Position numbers and translations under genes: made by a program. DNA of 64,000 nucleotides from Eledone cirrhosa. Taxonomy: Eukaryota. The stretch's first letter is position 1, and the number at the start of each line of letters is the position of its first letter. This document shows positions 1-11,865 of the stretch, piece by piece. The stretch spans positions 56,172,001-56,236,000 of the forward strand of contig OZ024743.1 in assembly GCA_964016885.1 (NCBI GenBank), read 5' to 3'. The notes under the pieces are model-generated. The model was not told the DNA's origin. It ran no database searches and saw only the letters and a program-made list of their open reading frames with translations.

Positions 1-284
1 ATGAGACGAATAAAATGAGTTAGAGGGGTTGTAAAAAGAAAGGTCTTGCATGTAGTAGAAAAGAGGAGTTGACGAAGAGTGTGAAAGGAGAGGTTAGTGA
101 GAGGGATGTGATGAGTCTGTTATGACAAGTGAAAGAAACGTATGTGGTATATGAATGAGAGAAATAGTGTAGTGCCTGGAGGAAATGGGGATGAGAAGAG
201 GTGCTGCTCAGATGGAATAATGGATTAAATGGATACACGATCAACCTAGAGGGAAATGTAGGTTTATGAAAATGAATTGAATAT

Positions 285-318
<34 letters not shown>

Positions 319-322
<4 letters not shown>

Positions 323-638
323 TTATTAAAATAACAGATTAAAGTTTAAGCAAATAATCGCTGCTTTCATCCTTAACGGGATCTTCTGAAACTAAAAAAG
401 TCAATCTGTGAACGCAGAAGTAAATATTTCAAAAAACGTTGCACGGGTATGTTCTTTGTAGAAATATTCAGATGTTGTTTCTGCATGATGAATATAAGTC
501 AACAGAGTGCTCAACCGAGGGAACTTAAACTTTAATCTGTTATTTTAATAAATATTTGCTCTACGGTTCTTATATATTTGATATATATTTATCCTTATCG
601 AGCCCTCTTTGGATTTTAGTCTTCAAATTTATTATTAT

Positions 639-641
<3 letters not shown>
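319..641 (-). mobile_element. Short (TA)n-embedded repeat, family A, with an internal inverted repeat and an HHR-like motif; partial copies near 14980, 24897, 28087, 29180, 29330, 49034, 49880
   Basis: TTTATTAAAATAACAGATTAAAGTTTAAG recurs directly after (TA)n at several loci; ~321-350 is inverted at ~524-553. Confidence 0.7.
343..393 (-). ncRNA. Hammerhead-like motif with CAGAAGA core
   Basis: Minus strand: AGTTT CAGAAGA TCC-cgttaa-GGAT GAAA GCA-gcgattatt-TGC TT AAACT; stem I AGTTT/AAACT. Confidence 0.55.
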
Positions 642-680
<39 letters not shown>

Positions 681-754
681 CCTTCCATATACTGTACCGA
701 TTGTGTTGTTATTTCTGTTTAACTTTTACTTACACTCTCACACACTCACACACG

Positions 755-828
<74 letters not shown>

Positions 829-830
829 CA

Positions 831-874
<44 letters not shown>

Positions 875-1144
875 CTTAAATGGAAAAAATGAAATTTCAT
901 TTCTCACTCTTAGTACGGCTGATACTTAAATATAAGTATGTATACGTGCATACATATATGTATACAGACGTACAGTAGTATGTATATACATACATACATG
1001 CATGCACACATATATATATATGTACGTATGGGTTTATTGAACACTTATTATAATGTTCGGTTTGTTTGTAAACAAACAGCCCGAATTAAGCCGTACAGTG
1101 TTCGGCAACCATCGTTGCCCTTTTGTTCAACACTGACAAAGGAA

Positions 1145-1185
1145 CGATGAACTAGTTTCTAGCTTATTAGCTGTCATCAGCACCG
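1145..1185 (-). ncRNA. Type I minimal hammerhead ribozyme (inverted copy of 1298-1338)
   Basis: Exact reverse complement of 1298-1338, inside a ~69-bp inverted repeat (1122-1190 / 1293-1361). Confidence 0.75.
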
Positions 1186-1297
1186 TATACCTTCCTGTCA
1201 ATCGATTGAACATTTGAAAGTATATACTTTCCTTATGCATATTAACGGCTGAGCAGCCTAATTTGCATATCGAGTGAGTTAGTAGGCCGGGCGTATA

Positions 1298-1338
1298 CGG
1301 TGCTGATGACAGCTAATAAGCTAGAAACTAGTTCATCG
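1298..1338 (+). ncRNA. Type I minimal hammerhead ribozyme
   Basis: CGGTG CTGATGA cAGCT-aata-AGCTa GAAA C-TA-G TT CATCG; stem I CGGTG/CATCG; palindromic stem III AACTAGTT. Confidence 0.8.
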
Positions 1339-1364
1339 TTCCTTTGTCAGTGTTGAACAAATAG

Positions 1365-2957
1365 CTAGTGAGGGATGTTGTATGTACTAGAGAGGGCATG
1401 TCTGAGAGAGCTACGAAAAACAGTAGTGGTCCCAGGACTGTGCCTTGGGGCACCCCACTTGTTATTGATGTTCTTTTGAGAGGGCTCCGTTTGTTGCAAC
1501 TGTCTGGCTTCTGTCCTTTAAGAAGTCATGCAGCCACTCACCTACTTTTCCAGTTATGCCGAGTCTGTGTAGTTTGTGACATATTCCGTGGTCGACCTTG
1601 TCAAAGGCCTTCGCAAAGTCAAGATATACCACGTCCACATGTGAGCTGTCTAGCAGTTGTTTCAGTACCCAGTCGTATTGATGTAGCAGCTGTGTAAGGC
1701 AGCTTCTTCCTGGGCGAAAGACATGCTTCGTGCTAGTCAAGCGGTCATTTTCTTCGAGGACACTGATCAGCTTCTTTCTGATGATTCGCTTAATGACTTT
1801 ACTGATATGTGACGTCAGGGAGACTGTCCTATAGTTTTTGGCCTCCGCTCTGCTACCTCCTTTATAGATAGGGCATATTGTGCCTTCTTTCAGCTCCCTG
1901 GGTAGTCTACCCCTAGCCAAGGAGCTTCTGAAGAGCGTCGTAAGGCCCGCTTACATGTTTTTAAGAGGATTGCTGGGAATCCATCAAGCCCAGCAGCTGA
2001 GTCTGTTCTAATTTCATCTATGGCGTATACCACATCCTCCTCCGTTATGTCTATGTGGTTGATGGTCGCCAATTCTTCGTGGAGTGTTGTGGCATCAAAG
2101 AAATCCTCTGGCTTTGTTATTTGCATGTGCCTCAGTGGACATCTGAACACATTTTTGTACTGTTCGTTCAGTATTTCACTTATCTCTTGGGGATTCTCGG
2201 TTAATGAACCGTCTTTATGGAAGAGTGGCCCAATCTTGCAGTGTACCGAGGCAGTCTCTTTTGAAAATTTAAAGAAGGCCTTAAGGTTTGTTTTAATATT
2301 TTCTATGGCCCTGCTTTCTTTCTTTGCCCTCTTATTTTCATGGGAAAGTTTGAGTGCAATCTCGATGTCAAGTAGTGCACGTTTCAAATAGAATTCCTTC
2401 TTGTTTTGTTTTTTAGTTGTGTATTCAACTGGTTTGAGAGCTTAGTTCTTCGTCTCATAAGGATTTTCCTATCTCTGGGAATAAGATTTTTGTGTCTGTT
2501 GGCCTTTTTCTCCAGGACAAACTTTTGGCATATAGTTTGTATCGTGGTCATGAAGTGTTGAAAATGTGTGTTTGTGTCTTGTGTGGCGGTGTTGTCGCTC
2601 CATATTTGCTTCCGTATTTCTCTCTTGATCACTTTCCAGTTAGCCTTGTAGAAGTTAAGGCTGGATAAGGCCCCGATATTTCTTGATTGTTGTGTCTCTG
2701 TTGGTTCTCTCGGACCACATATCATTAGTTCTACTAAGTTATGATCCGAGAAAATCGTTGGTGTCACCTTTACATTGTGGATGAGCACTGCGTTGTTTGT
2801 AAAACAGAGATCTAGGACATTCTCGCCTCTTGTTGGGAGAGGTACTGCTCGTTCCATGAACAGCCTGTGTGTGAGGGCCAGCAGGGACTCCGTCTGTCTC
2901 TGTTCTAGTGATGTCATTCCAGGGAGGAGGTGGCCCTCTGGCCATTTGACCTTTGGC

Positions 2958-2960
<3 letters not shown>
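1365..2960 (-). mobile_element. Decayed CR1-group LINE ORF2 fragment (end of APE domain to RT), frameshifted
   Basis: ORFs 2384-3058, 1890-2387 and 1462-1920: PTRGENVLDLCFTN, FSDHNLV, AAGLDGFP, NYRTVSLTS, DVVYLDFAKAFDKVDH; GVPQGTVLGPLLF readable at ~1417-1460 on minus. Confidence 0.85.
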
Positions 2961-3257
<297 letters not shown>

Positions 3258-3518
3258 GGGTGAGTCTGTCTGTGTGTGCATGTGCATTAGCATATTACCC
3301 GTAAAAAAATGAAATTAACTAGCAGAAGAACCGCCCTTCTGTCGGTTTTCTGCTAGCATATGTAGTGTGCATATTGGTTTTATACGCAAATATATATACA
3401 TATAGATATGATATGTAAATTGACAATATCTTTTTCTTCTTAGCCCACTTATTTCTGAGAGAGCCGTGGGGTCCTTCTGAAACACTCCTTCCAGTGAGTC
3501 TGTCAGAAGCAAACAACC

Positions 3519-4040
3519 CTAACTAATCCAGCTGGATCCCAAAGCATGACCAGCCAAGCTCATGAATGTAATCCAACTATCTTGCTCAGGGTCTACCCCT
3601 GGATCTTTTGTCGTCGGTTTTGCCTGTAAAATCTGTCCAGCGATTCTTTCCTGAGACATTCTAACCACATGCCCGTAGTATCGGAGCTGTGAGACAATCC
3701 AGATAAGTAGCGACTCTACCAGGAGTGACTCTTTGAACTCCGAGCTATGCACCTTATTGAGTAACGTTACTCCAAAGAGCCTTCGGAGGAATCCCATTTC
3801 GGCCGCTTGTATTTGAAATTGTATTCTTTCGGTCATTACCCAAGATTCATGACGCTCGGTAAGAGTTGGCAGCAATACCAGGAAGATAGCGAGTTTAGTT
3901 TTTACACCTACCTCCCTTCTGATTACTGGATGCTGAAGCTGGCGCATTACTGCATCAGCTTTTGGAATTGTTGCACTTAATTCAGCCTCTGCCCTCCATC
4001 ACTCTGATACTTGAGCTTCTTCAGCTGCTTCAGTGGAGCG
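3519..4040 (-). mobile_element. RTE-clade LINE 3' ORF fragment
   Basis: KTKLAIF..ESWVMTER..IQAAEMGFLRR..SQLRYYGHVVRM; homologous tail [17 protein letters not shown] at ~57240-57400 (+). Confidence 0.75.
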
Positions 4041-4159
4041 ACTTCTGTCCATCCGTCCGTCATAACATGTGTGTGTGTGTGTGTTTAAGCGAATGTATGT
4101 GTGTGTAAAAGGAAAAAAGGGGATATACACATATGTATGTCTCTAACTTAAACATGGTG

Positions 4160-4191
<32 letters not shown>

Positions 4192-4289
4192 ATATATATA
4201 TATATATATATCATACACACACGTCTCTAATTTAAGAATTCCGACAAATTCACGCGCGCGCACATAAACACACTGTCCTATTACCACTT

Positions 4290-4735
4290 AAGAGCTTTGG
4301 CCAGGGCAAGCATACCCTCAATTTTAGAACTGTCTGGGTTGTCCAGAATTGATGGGGAAAGACCTGACGGTCTTACTCTGCGCCCCTGGTCAAGAGGCAG
4401 GTGACTTATCTGTGACGTCACAGTTAGTGACTCTTTTCCTTCTTCCCACATCCTGATGCAACAGTAAGGGCGAGAGCTACAGCGTCCGCAGCTGAACGGA
4501 ACGAAATCCTCAAATACCGTGATCTGTCGGCTAACTACATTTTCCAGCCTGTGGTGTTCGAGACGTTTGGGGGAGTCGGGCTACCGACAGCGAGATTCTT
4601 ATCTTCACTGACGGCTCGCCTTACCGAGGTAACTGGTGATGCTCATGAAGGCGCTTGGTTGTTCGAGCACCTCATCCTCTCTATCACCCGAGGTAACGGC
4701 GAGATTATGCTGGCTTGCCTCAAAAATTATTAGAG
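4290..4735 (+). mobile_element. C-terminal restriction-like endonuclease fragment of a CRE-like non-LTR retrotransposon (pseudogenised)
   Basis: Manual translation DGERPDGLTLRPWSRGR*LICDVTVSD...KYRDLSANYIFQPVVFETFG fits the RPD..D RLE pattern. Confidence 0.65.
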
Positions 4736-4812
4736 AGGTTTCCCAGCGCTCCTCATTATATTGTTATCTTTTGCTCTGGTAGCTGCTCGTTTGTCCACGC
4801 CTTTCGCCTTTT

Positions 4813-5175
4813 GTTGTATGTGGTCCTAGATGTGTGTATTACCTGCATGTTTGTTGTATGTGGTCCTAGATGTGTGTATTACCTGCATGTTTGTTGTATG
4901 TGGTCCTAGATGTGTGTATTACCTGCTTGTGTGTTGTATGTGGTCCTAGATGTGTGTATTACCTGCATGTTTGTTGTATGTGGTCCTAGATGTGTGTATT
5001 ACCTGCTTGTGTGTTGTATGTGGTCCTAGATGTGTGTATTACCTGCATGTGTGTTGTATGTGGTCCTAGATGTGTGTATTACCTGCATGTGTGTTGTATG
5101 TGGTCCTAGATGTATGTATTACCTGCTTCTGTGTTGTATGTGGTTCTAGATGTGTGTATTACCTGCTTGTGTGTC
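4813..5175. repeat. 40-bp minisatellite, ~9 copies
   Basis: TGGTCCTAGA recurs every 40 bp from 4821 to 5141 (last copy TGGTTCTAGA); unit GTTGTATGTGGTCCTAGATGTGTGTATTACCTGCATGTTT. Confidence 0.95.
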
Positions 5176-6077
5176 TTTTTCTCTTTCTTTTTTTCCTTTC
5201 CTTTTTCTTTGTATATATTATATTTGTTTTTGTTCATAAGAATAAGTAAATAAAAAGTTATACTTCATTTTACCCTCCTATTTCCAAATTTATCGAATGC
5301 TGCTATCATGACTGTATGTGTATGTGGTTGTTTGTGTAAATATGTGTTTGTGTGAAAGCATGTATGTATTTGTGTGAATGATTGTCTGTGTCTCTGTGTT
5401 TGCACGATTAGTTATATACTCATGCATATAAATGTATGTAAATGCGCATACGCACACACATGCACGTCAGCGCGTTGAAAAGCATCCTAACTTCTTCGTC
5501 TTTCTCTTTCACTCTCACTATCTCTCACTCTCTCTCTATTTATATATATATCTGTCACTCTATCTATCTGTATCTCTCTCTTCACACACTCTGTCTTCCT
5601 TTCTAGCTCTGTCTATATATATATATATATGGTAGTGGTGTTGGTGGTGGTGGTGGTGGTGGTGGTGGTGGTGGCGATATACCGGAAATGTTGAAATTTG
5701 AAACTTTTAAAGGAAGTGAATCTTGAAATACGTAATAAAATTATTTATATTTAATCAAGAGTTACGAAATTTAGTACATAAATTATGCAATATTCATTCA
5801 TTATTTATTCAAAGTAATCCAACTTGTTTTCCTTGCGGGATAAAAAAAATATATTCAGGACACAATCCCGCACTCCTCCCTTTATTATATTATGATTATT
5901 TCTTGATTACAACAATCTATGTAAAGTTACTTCGATCCTAGATTTTCCTAAACCTACTCCATTTTGTGATCGCCGTAATTTATTTTACAATCAGTTAAAT
6001 CAACTACATTAATTCTTTAATTCATCATTATGAAACATATTACTAAATTACCATATATATATATATATATAATTGCA

Positions 6078-6164
<87 letters not shown>

Positions 6165-6169
6165 GCAGC

Positions 6170-6483
6170 TATATATATCTCACATCTATATATATACATA
6201 TCTCACATATATATCTCATCTATATATATATATATCACATCTATATATATACATATCTCACATATATATCTCATCTATATATATATATATCATATCTATA
6301 TATATACATATCTCACATATATATATATATATATATCTCACATCTATATATATACATATCTCACATATATATCTCATCTATATATATATATCACATCTAT
6401 ATATATACATATCTCACATATATATCTCGTCTATATATATATATATATATCATCTATATATATACATATCTCACATATATATA
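6170..6483. repeat. Compound TA-derived minisatellite (ATCTCACAT/CATCT units in TA)
   Basis: Repeated ATATCTCACATATATATCTCATCTATATATA-type units. Confidence 0.85.
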
Positions 6484-6734
6484 TTGACAGGGAATAACGA
6501 GAGTCTATGGCTCCGTTAATTTATCGTGATATTTCGCTCCTTATAACAGTCTTTCCTCTCTCTCTGTTTGGTTGAGCACACTTCTTTGAGTTGTTTTTTG
6601 GGCTGCCCTTTCTAGCAGCTCGTCCTTCGAATACCACTGATTCACTGCCCTAAACACACTGTGACATCTCTCTGTCGCTTGTAGCTGGACGGTCGCTTTA
6701 GATTCTCTTAGAGTTATCTGGAATGTATAGTCTT

Positions 6735-6817
6735 GCACGCGCTAATGACCCATAGGCTATTCCATTTCAGTCAACAACTTCCTGGCGAAACAGATCTCTT
6801 TGGATTTGTACGCGTGT
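6735..6817 (+). ncRNA. Degenerate type I hammerhead (CTAATGA core)
   Basis: GCACGCG CTAATGA ...CCTGGC GAAA CAGATC-tcttt-gGATTTG TA CGCGTGT; 7-bp stem I and long stem III. Confidence 0.6.
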
Positions 6818-6978
6818 TATATAGTTATAGAGGTGCGTATATACATTTTAATTTATATTTTTAATTATTGTGTGTCTACCCTGCCTTCCATAGATTATAG
6901 ACTCCATACACTGGTTGTTTTTCCCTGTTTTATTGATGACACACTATCTCTCTTTAGTGTGTTACCTTTTCAACATAT

Positions 6979-7053
<75 letters not shown>

Positions 7054-7056
<3 letters not shown>

Positions 7057-8070
7057 ACACATCTCCTGGAAGTACTTAAAATGAACGGATACCCGACGTC
7101 CACCGCGAACCGTGCCAGAAACAACAGAGGACACCACATCTGAGGCACTAACATCTGCTTCCTGAAGCTCCCACACTTCAGTGACGAAACACCAACAGCC
7201 ATCCGCAGAGCTATCAGACGAGAGGGACTAGATATCCAGCTAGCCCACTCAGGACCTTCTCTACGCGGACAGCCAACCAAAAGACATTCCACCTGACATG
7301 ACAGCCGCTGCAGGTTAGCCAACTGCCCCATCGACGACACAGACCTATGTCACCAGGCTTACGTCGTATACAGATTAGAGTGCGACAAATGCAGCAATTT
7401 CTACATAGGTAGCACCACCAGACCATTTCATATTAGAATAAAAGAACACCTCAACACTAACGCTTCCTCATTTAAGAAACATCTAGTGAAATGCAAAAAC
7501 ACCGACAAAAACATAATAGTTAGGATAGAAGCTAAGGAAAGAAACCTCGGCAATCTTAGAATTAAAGAAGCACTAATTATAGACAAAACACAACCACCAA
7601 TCAATAACAGACTAGAACTCAACACCCAATTTTTAACATGATAGAGCACGTAGCCCCACACTTACACCTCCACACACCATCTCACACACACGCACACGCA
7701 CGCTTACACCTTCACTTATTCTCTCACACACACAGATACACACACATAGACCAGTTTTAACATGATAGAGCATCTAGCCCCCACATTTACATATAAACAT
7801 ATCCTCTCGCACTCACACACACACACACACATGCTTACACGTTCACGTATTCTCCCACACACATTTAGACATACATGTCCAAACCCTTTTAAAGGGACAC
7901 AACCCCTTTATCAACGTAACCTTCACTCTTTGATATTAGAAATAGAATGGAATTTCTATACTATTTCCTCTGTCAGCATGACTTGGCAAGCTAATTAGAA
8001 CACTGGATTAACCCCTTTACTTCCCTCCGAAGAAGAGATATCTCGAAAATTAAGGATATTCAAATAAATT
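7054..8070 (+). mobile_element. 5'-truncated Penelope-like element: GIY-YIG endonuclease pseudo-ORF (7081-7641) plus 3' region
   Basis: Manual translation CRLANCPIDDTDLCHQAYVVYRLECDKCSNFYIGSTTRPFHIRIKEH...LRIKEALIIDKTQPPINNR; two in-frame TGA; starts directly after (TA)n. Confidence 0.9.
8023..8056 (+). ncRNA. Degenerate minimal hammerhead at the Penelope 3' end
   Basis: CCT CCGAAGA aGAGA-ta-TCTC GAAA AT TA AGG, followed by AATAAA; U4C change. Confidence 0.45.
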
Positions 8071-8330
8071 TAAGGTAAAAGACTAATTGTCAGCAATATC
8101 TTTTGCATTTGTATGTATATTCTATATCCATATCTGCATTGTTCTGGCAATGCTTCAAATAAACTACAATTTCCTCCTTTCTCTCTCTCTCTATATATAT
8201 ATATAATGTGAGTAATAATAAGTGCTATCCAATTACACCTATGAAAATAGTTCAATGTAAAATACCAAGTATACTACAGAGCCGAAATACAATATAAATG
8301 ACAATCAAAGAGTGTTTAAAACATTTAATC

Positions 8331-8374
8331 GCTTACGATCGTTTCATCATAATACAAATCCAATTCATCAGAGT
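8331..8374 (-). ncRNA. Minimal hammerhead; inverted 3'-half copy at 8811-8861
   Basis: Minus strand: ACT CTGATGA ATT...GAT GAAA CGATCG TA AGC (AGT in the inverted copy); palindromic stem III; weak stem II. Confidence 0.6.
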
Positions 8375-8869
8375 AAAAGTCAAACACAAATATAATATCA
8401 AAACTTTGTCACAAGAACATTAGGAGGATACATAATATGGCAGGCTAGATAAGCATAAGTATCAACATTTATATAAGATATTAGATAACAGATGCGGAAG
8501 AGGCATAAGGAGAATAGGAGCATATAAATGCAATAAAAATTAGGAGCATATAATTATAAAATATACTGCTATAGAAAGGTTAAGTACAGTGAAAAATTTA
8601 TATCATAAGCAGTAAAGAAAATTAATAAAGTTAATAAGAGGAGGCATGCAATTAAAATATAAATTTAAAACATACATCTCCAAAAAAAAATGTTTTTCAT
8701 TATGCATTCAAAAAATATATTTAATTATACATCTTAAAAAAAGTTCGCAAACTGTGCAAAATAGTTAATGTTGAGTAAATTGAATCATCAAAGTAAAAAG
8801 TCAAATATAGGATGAAACGACCGTAAGTGATTAAATGTTTTAAACACTCTTTGATTGTCATATATATAT

Positions 8870-9901
8870 GCTTACAGGCTTATGGAATCCCCAAGAGGAT
8901 AGTGGACCTGATATCACTGCTCTACACCAACACCAAAGCCCAAGTCATTACACCTGATGGGATGACAGAGTTCTTTGAGATACTGGCTGGAGTGCTCCAG
9001 GGAGATACATTGGCTCCCTACCTTTTTATCATCGTAGTGGACTATTGTATGCGCCTTTCACTGGAGAAACACCAGGACTCTGGCTTTACTGTAGCACCGG
9101 CTCAGAGCAGGAGAGTTAGGGCGAAAAAGGTATCGGCTGCTGAGTTTGCCGACATCATAGTTTTGGTGACAAATACAGTGAAGGAGGCAGAGGATTTGAT
9201 GCGGGAGGTTGAGACTGTGTCGATGAGTGTGGGGCTGAGAATGAATGAGACTAAAACAAAATATCTGGTAGAGAATGTTGAGAAGCCAGAGGGGATCACT
9301 AATGTAGGCGGGAAGCCGCTGGAATTGGTTGAGGACTTCCTGTATTTGGGAGCAAAGATTGGGAATACGGAAGATGATGTGGTTGAGAGGAAGAGCAAGG
9401 CCTGGGCGGCGTGCCACAGCTTGAGATCAGTGTGGAAGTCGGACCTTCGTAGAGACCTGAAAATCCGCCTCTTCATTGCTGTAGTGGAGTCTGTGCTGCT
9501 GTATGGGTCTAAGACTTGGACATTGACCAAGAAACTCACTCAGATGGTGGATGGGTGCTACACGAGAATGCTGAGGATGGCTCTGAACATTAATCAGTAT
9601 ACACTGAGGATGAAAAACTCAGAGCTGTATGGGAGCATCCCAAAAGTCAGCTCAAAAGTGACACAGAGGAGACTGAGGTTGGCTGGACATGCTCACCGAC
9701 ATCCAGAGTTGACATTGCACTCAGTGCTCCTTTGGGAGCCCCTACATGGACACACTAGAAGAGGAAGACCAAGGTTAACATATGTTGATGCCCTAAGGAC
9801 AGACACTGGTCTGTTGGAGATGCAGGATGTGGCAGCGATAATGAGGGACAGAGACCGCTGGAGAGAACTCGTCCATGGATCTCGGGAATTTTACCCGCCT
9901 T

Positions 9902-9903
<2 letters not shown>
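8870..9903 (+). mobile_element. 5'-truncated RTE-clade LINE (RT to C-terminus), open frame
   Basis: GVLQGDTLAPYLFIIVVDY, FADII, FLYLGA, VESVLLYG, RRLRLAGH, RRGRPRLTYVD; stop codon runs straight into (TA)n. Confidence 0.9.
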
Positions 9904-9974
<71 letters not shown>

Positions 9975-10004
9975 AAAGAATATAGGTGTAACACATAAGT
10001 TATT

Positions 10005-10273
10005 ATATATTGGTAAACGGAATAGAAAATGCTGACAAATTGTTCACAGTTGAAAAATGGTTTAATTAGGAATAAAAGAGTATTAGTGATTGTATGGGTT
10101 AGTATTCAGTTGTGGTTTTAAGTTTTAAAGTTTTTACCGGTTGCGCATTTCTAAATGCTTTTCAAAAATAATTTTGAGATAAAGTGTCTGTGCTGTTTGC
10201 TCTGATCTGATTAGTTTTGGGAATTCTACCTGTTTTTATGTTAAAAAAGTGGCTCCAGCGTTACTTTGGTGTT

Positions 10274-10365
<92 letters not shown>

Positions 10366-10711
10366 TTGTTGTGAAAGAGTCATTTCTCAATCTTGGCGTA
10401 AAACCAATTTTTTATTCACATGACCTCTACCGACCAATCAAAATTGTTTTGACCACAAGAATTGTTGCTGGAGCCACTTTTTTAACATAAAAACAGGTAG
10501 AATTCCCAAACTAATCAGATCAGAGCAAACAGCACGGACACTCTATCTCAAAATTATTTTTGAAAAGCATTTAGAAATGCGCAACCGGTAAAAACTTTAA
10601 AACTTAAAACCACAACTGAATACTAACCCATACAATCACTAATACTCTTTTCTTCCTAATTAAACCATTTTTCAACTGTGAACAATTTGTCAGCATTTTC
10701 TATTCCGTTTA

Positions 10712-10720
<9 letters not shown>
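10005..10720. repeat. Fold-back element: ~255-bp near-perfect inverted repeats around a (CA)n-containing spacer
   Basis: 10005-10259 is the reverse complement of 10467-10720; flanked by TA tracts. Confidence 0.9.
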
Positions 10721-10796
<76 letters not shown>

Positions 10797-10824
10797 ATAT
10801 ATATATGTATGTATAATATATATA

Positions 10825-11346
10825 GTTCAACCTGTCGCATGGTCGGGTCGTCGGCGACTAAACCGGCAACCCCACCAAGTTGGTGAGGAGGTTGATTTTG
10901 GACACCCTACAGGACAAAAAACAAAACCTAACAAAGGGTGGAAGAACTCATAAGAGTCAACGGCCATCCAAAAGTGTGTAAATATGTATATATACACATG
11001 TACATATGTATGTATATGCGCGGGGACACCCGATCACGCGGTTAAACCACTGGGAGTGAAGGACTCCTACCCTTTGTCAGGGCATTCTTCTAGGAGAAGG
11101 CAACTCAGGAAACTGGGATAACTCCGATATAAAACCTGCGGCTCAGTAGTTATCGATGATGTTGATCTTTTCTTCTTTTCAGGTTATAGCTACTGTCGCT
11201 CAGAGAGTGGGATTGGCTCAGTGCACAGTCTGTCACTTTAAAAAATATCTTCACGCACAGGCATTGCATGATAAAATTAATTAATAATTATTAATAATGG
11301 TGTATCGTGCAATGGCCATACTCAATAACGAGGGGGCAGCCATCAT

Positions 11347-11350
<4 letters not shown>
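10825..11350 (+). mobile_element. Probable RTE 5'-UTR-like repeat fragment
   Basis: GC-richer island in TA containing TCTAGGAGAAGGCAACTC, resembling RTE leaders; recognition from memory only. Confidence 0.3.
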
Positions 11351-11432
<82 letters not shown>

Positions 11433-11440
11433 ATATATAT

Positions 11441-11533
<93 letters not shown>

Positions 11534-11705
11534 TTGTATATATATATATATATTTAATTACTGTAACTGACTTTGGTCTTATATATATCGGCTTCTAGCG
11601 GTGACGCGTCGTCCAAGCACCCAATTCTTCTTAGAGTCCTCTGTTCTACATATGGATCGTTCTTGTGATATAGGTCGGTGGAGTTTATACTATCGATCTA
11701 ATTCC

Positions 11706-11770
11706 TCTTTATAACACTCTGATGGGTCCTGCAATTATGCAAGGACGAAACACTGTCAGCAAATAAAGAT
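11706..11770 (+). ncRNA. Minimal hammerhead (CTGATGG core)
   Basis: CT CTGATGG GTCCT-gcaattatgca-AGGAC GAAA C-act-G TC AG, then AATAAA; distal TCTTT/AAAGA pairing. Confidence 0.6.
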
Positions 11771-11803
11771 TAATTGATGATGAAATAGCTTTTTGTTTTT
11801 CTT

Positions 11804-11861
<58 letters not shown>

Positions 11862-11865
<4 letters not shown>

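Noticed and set aside
4813-5175. CRISPR-like periodic array
   Set aside because: Contiguous near-identical 40-bp units without unique spacers; eukaryotic context, no cas genes
10425-10595. TACCG/CGGTA pairing around GAAATGCGCAAC as a hammerhead
   Set aside because: No CUGANGA-like segment and no U at position 16.1 in either arm
10825-11120. HDV-like ribozyme at a putative RTE leader
   Set aside because: Could not assemble the nested double pseudoknot by eye; needs a descriptor search
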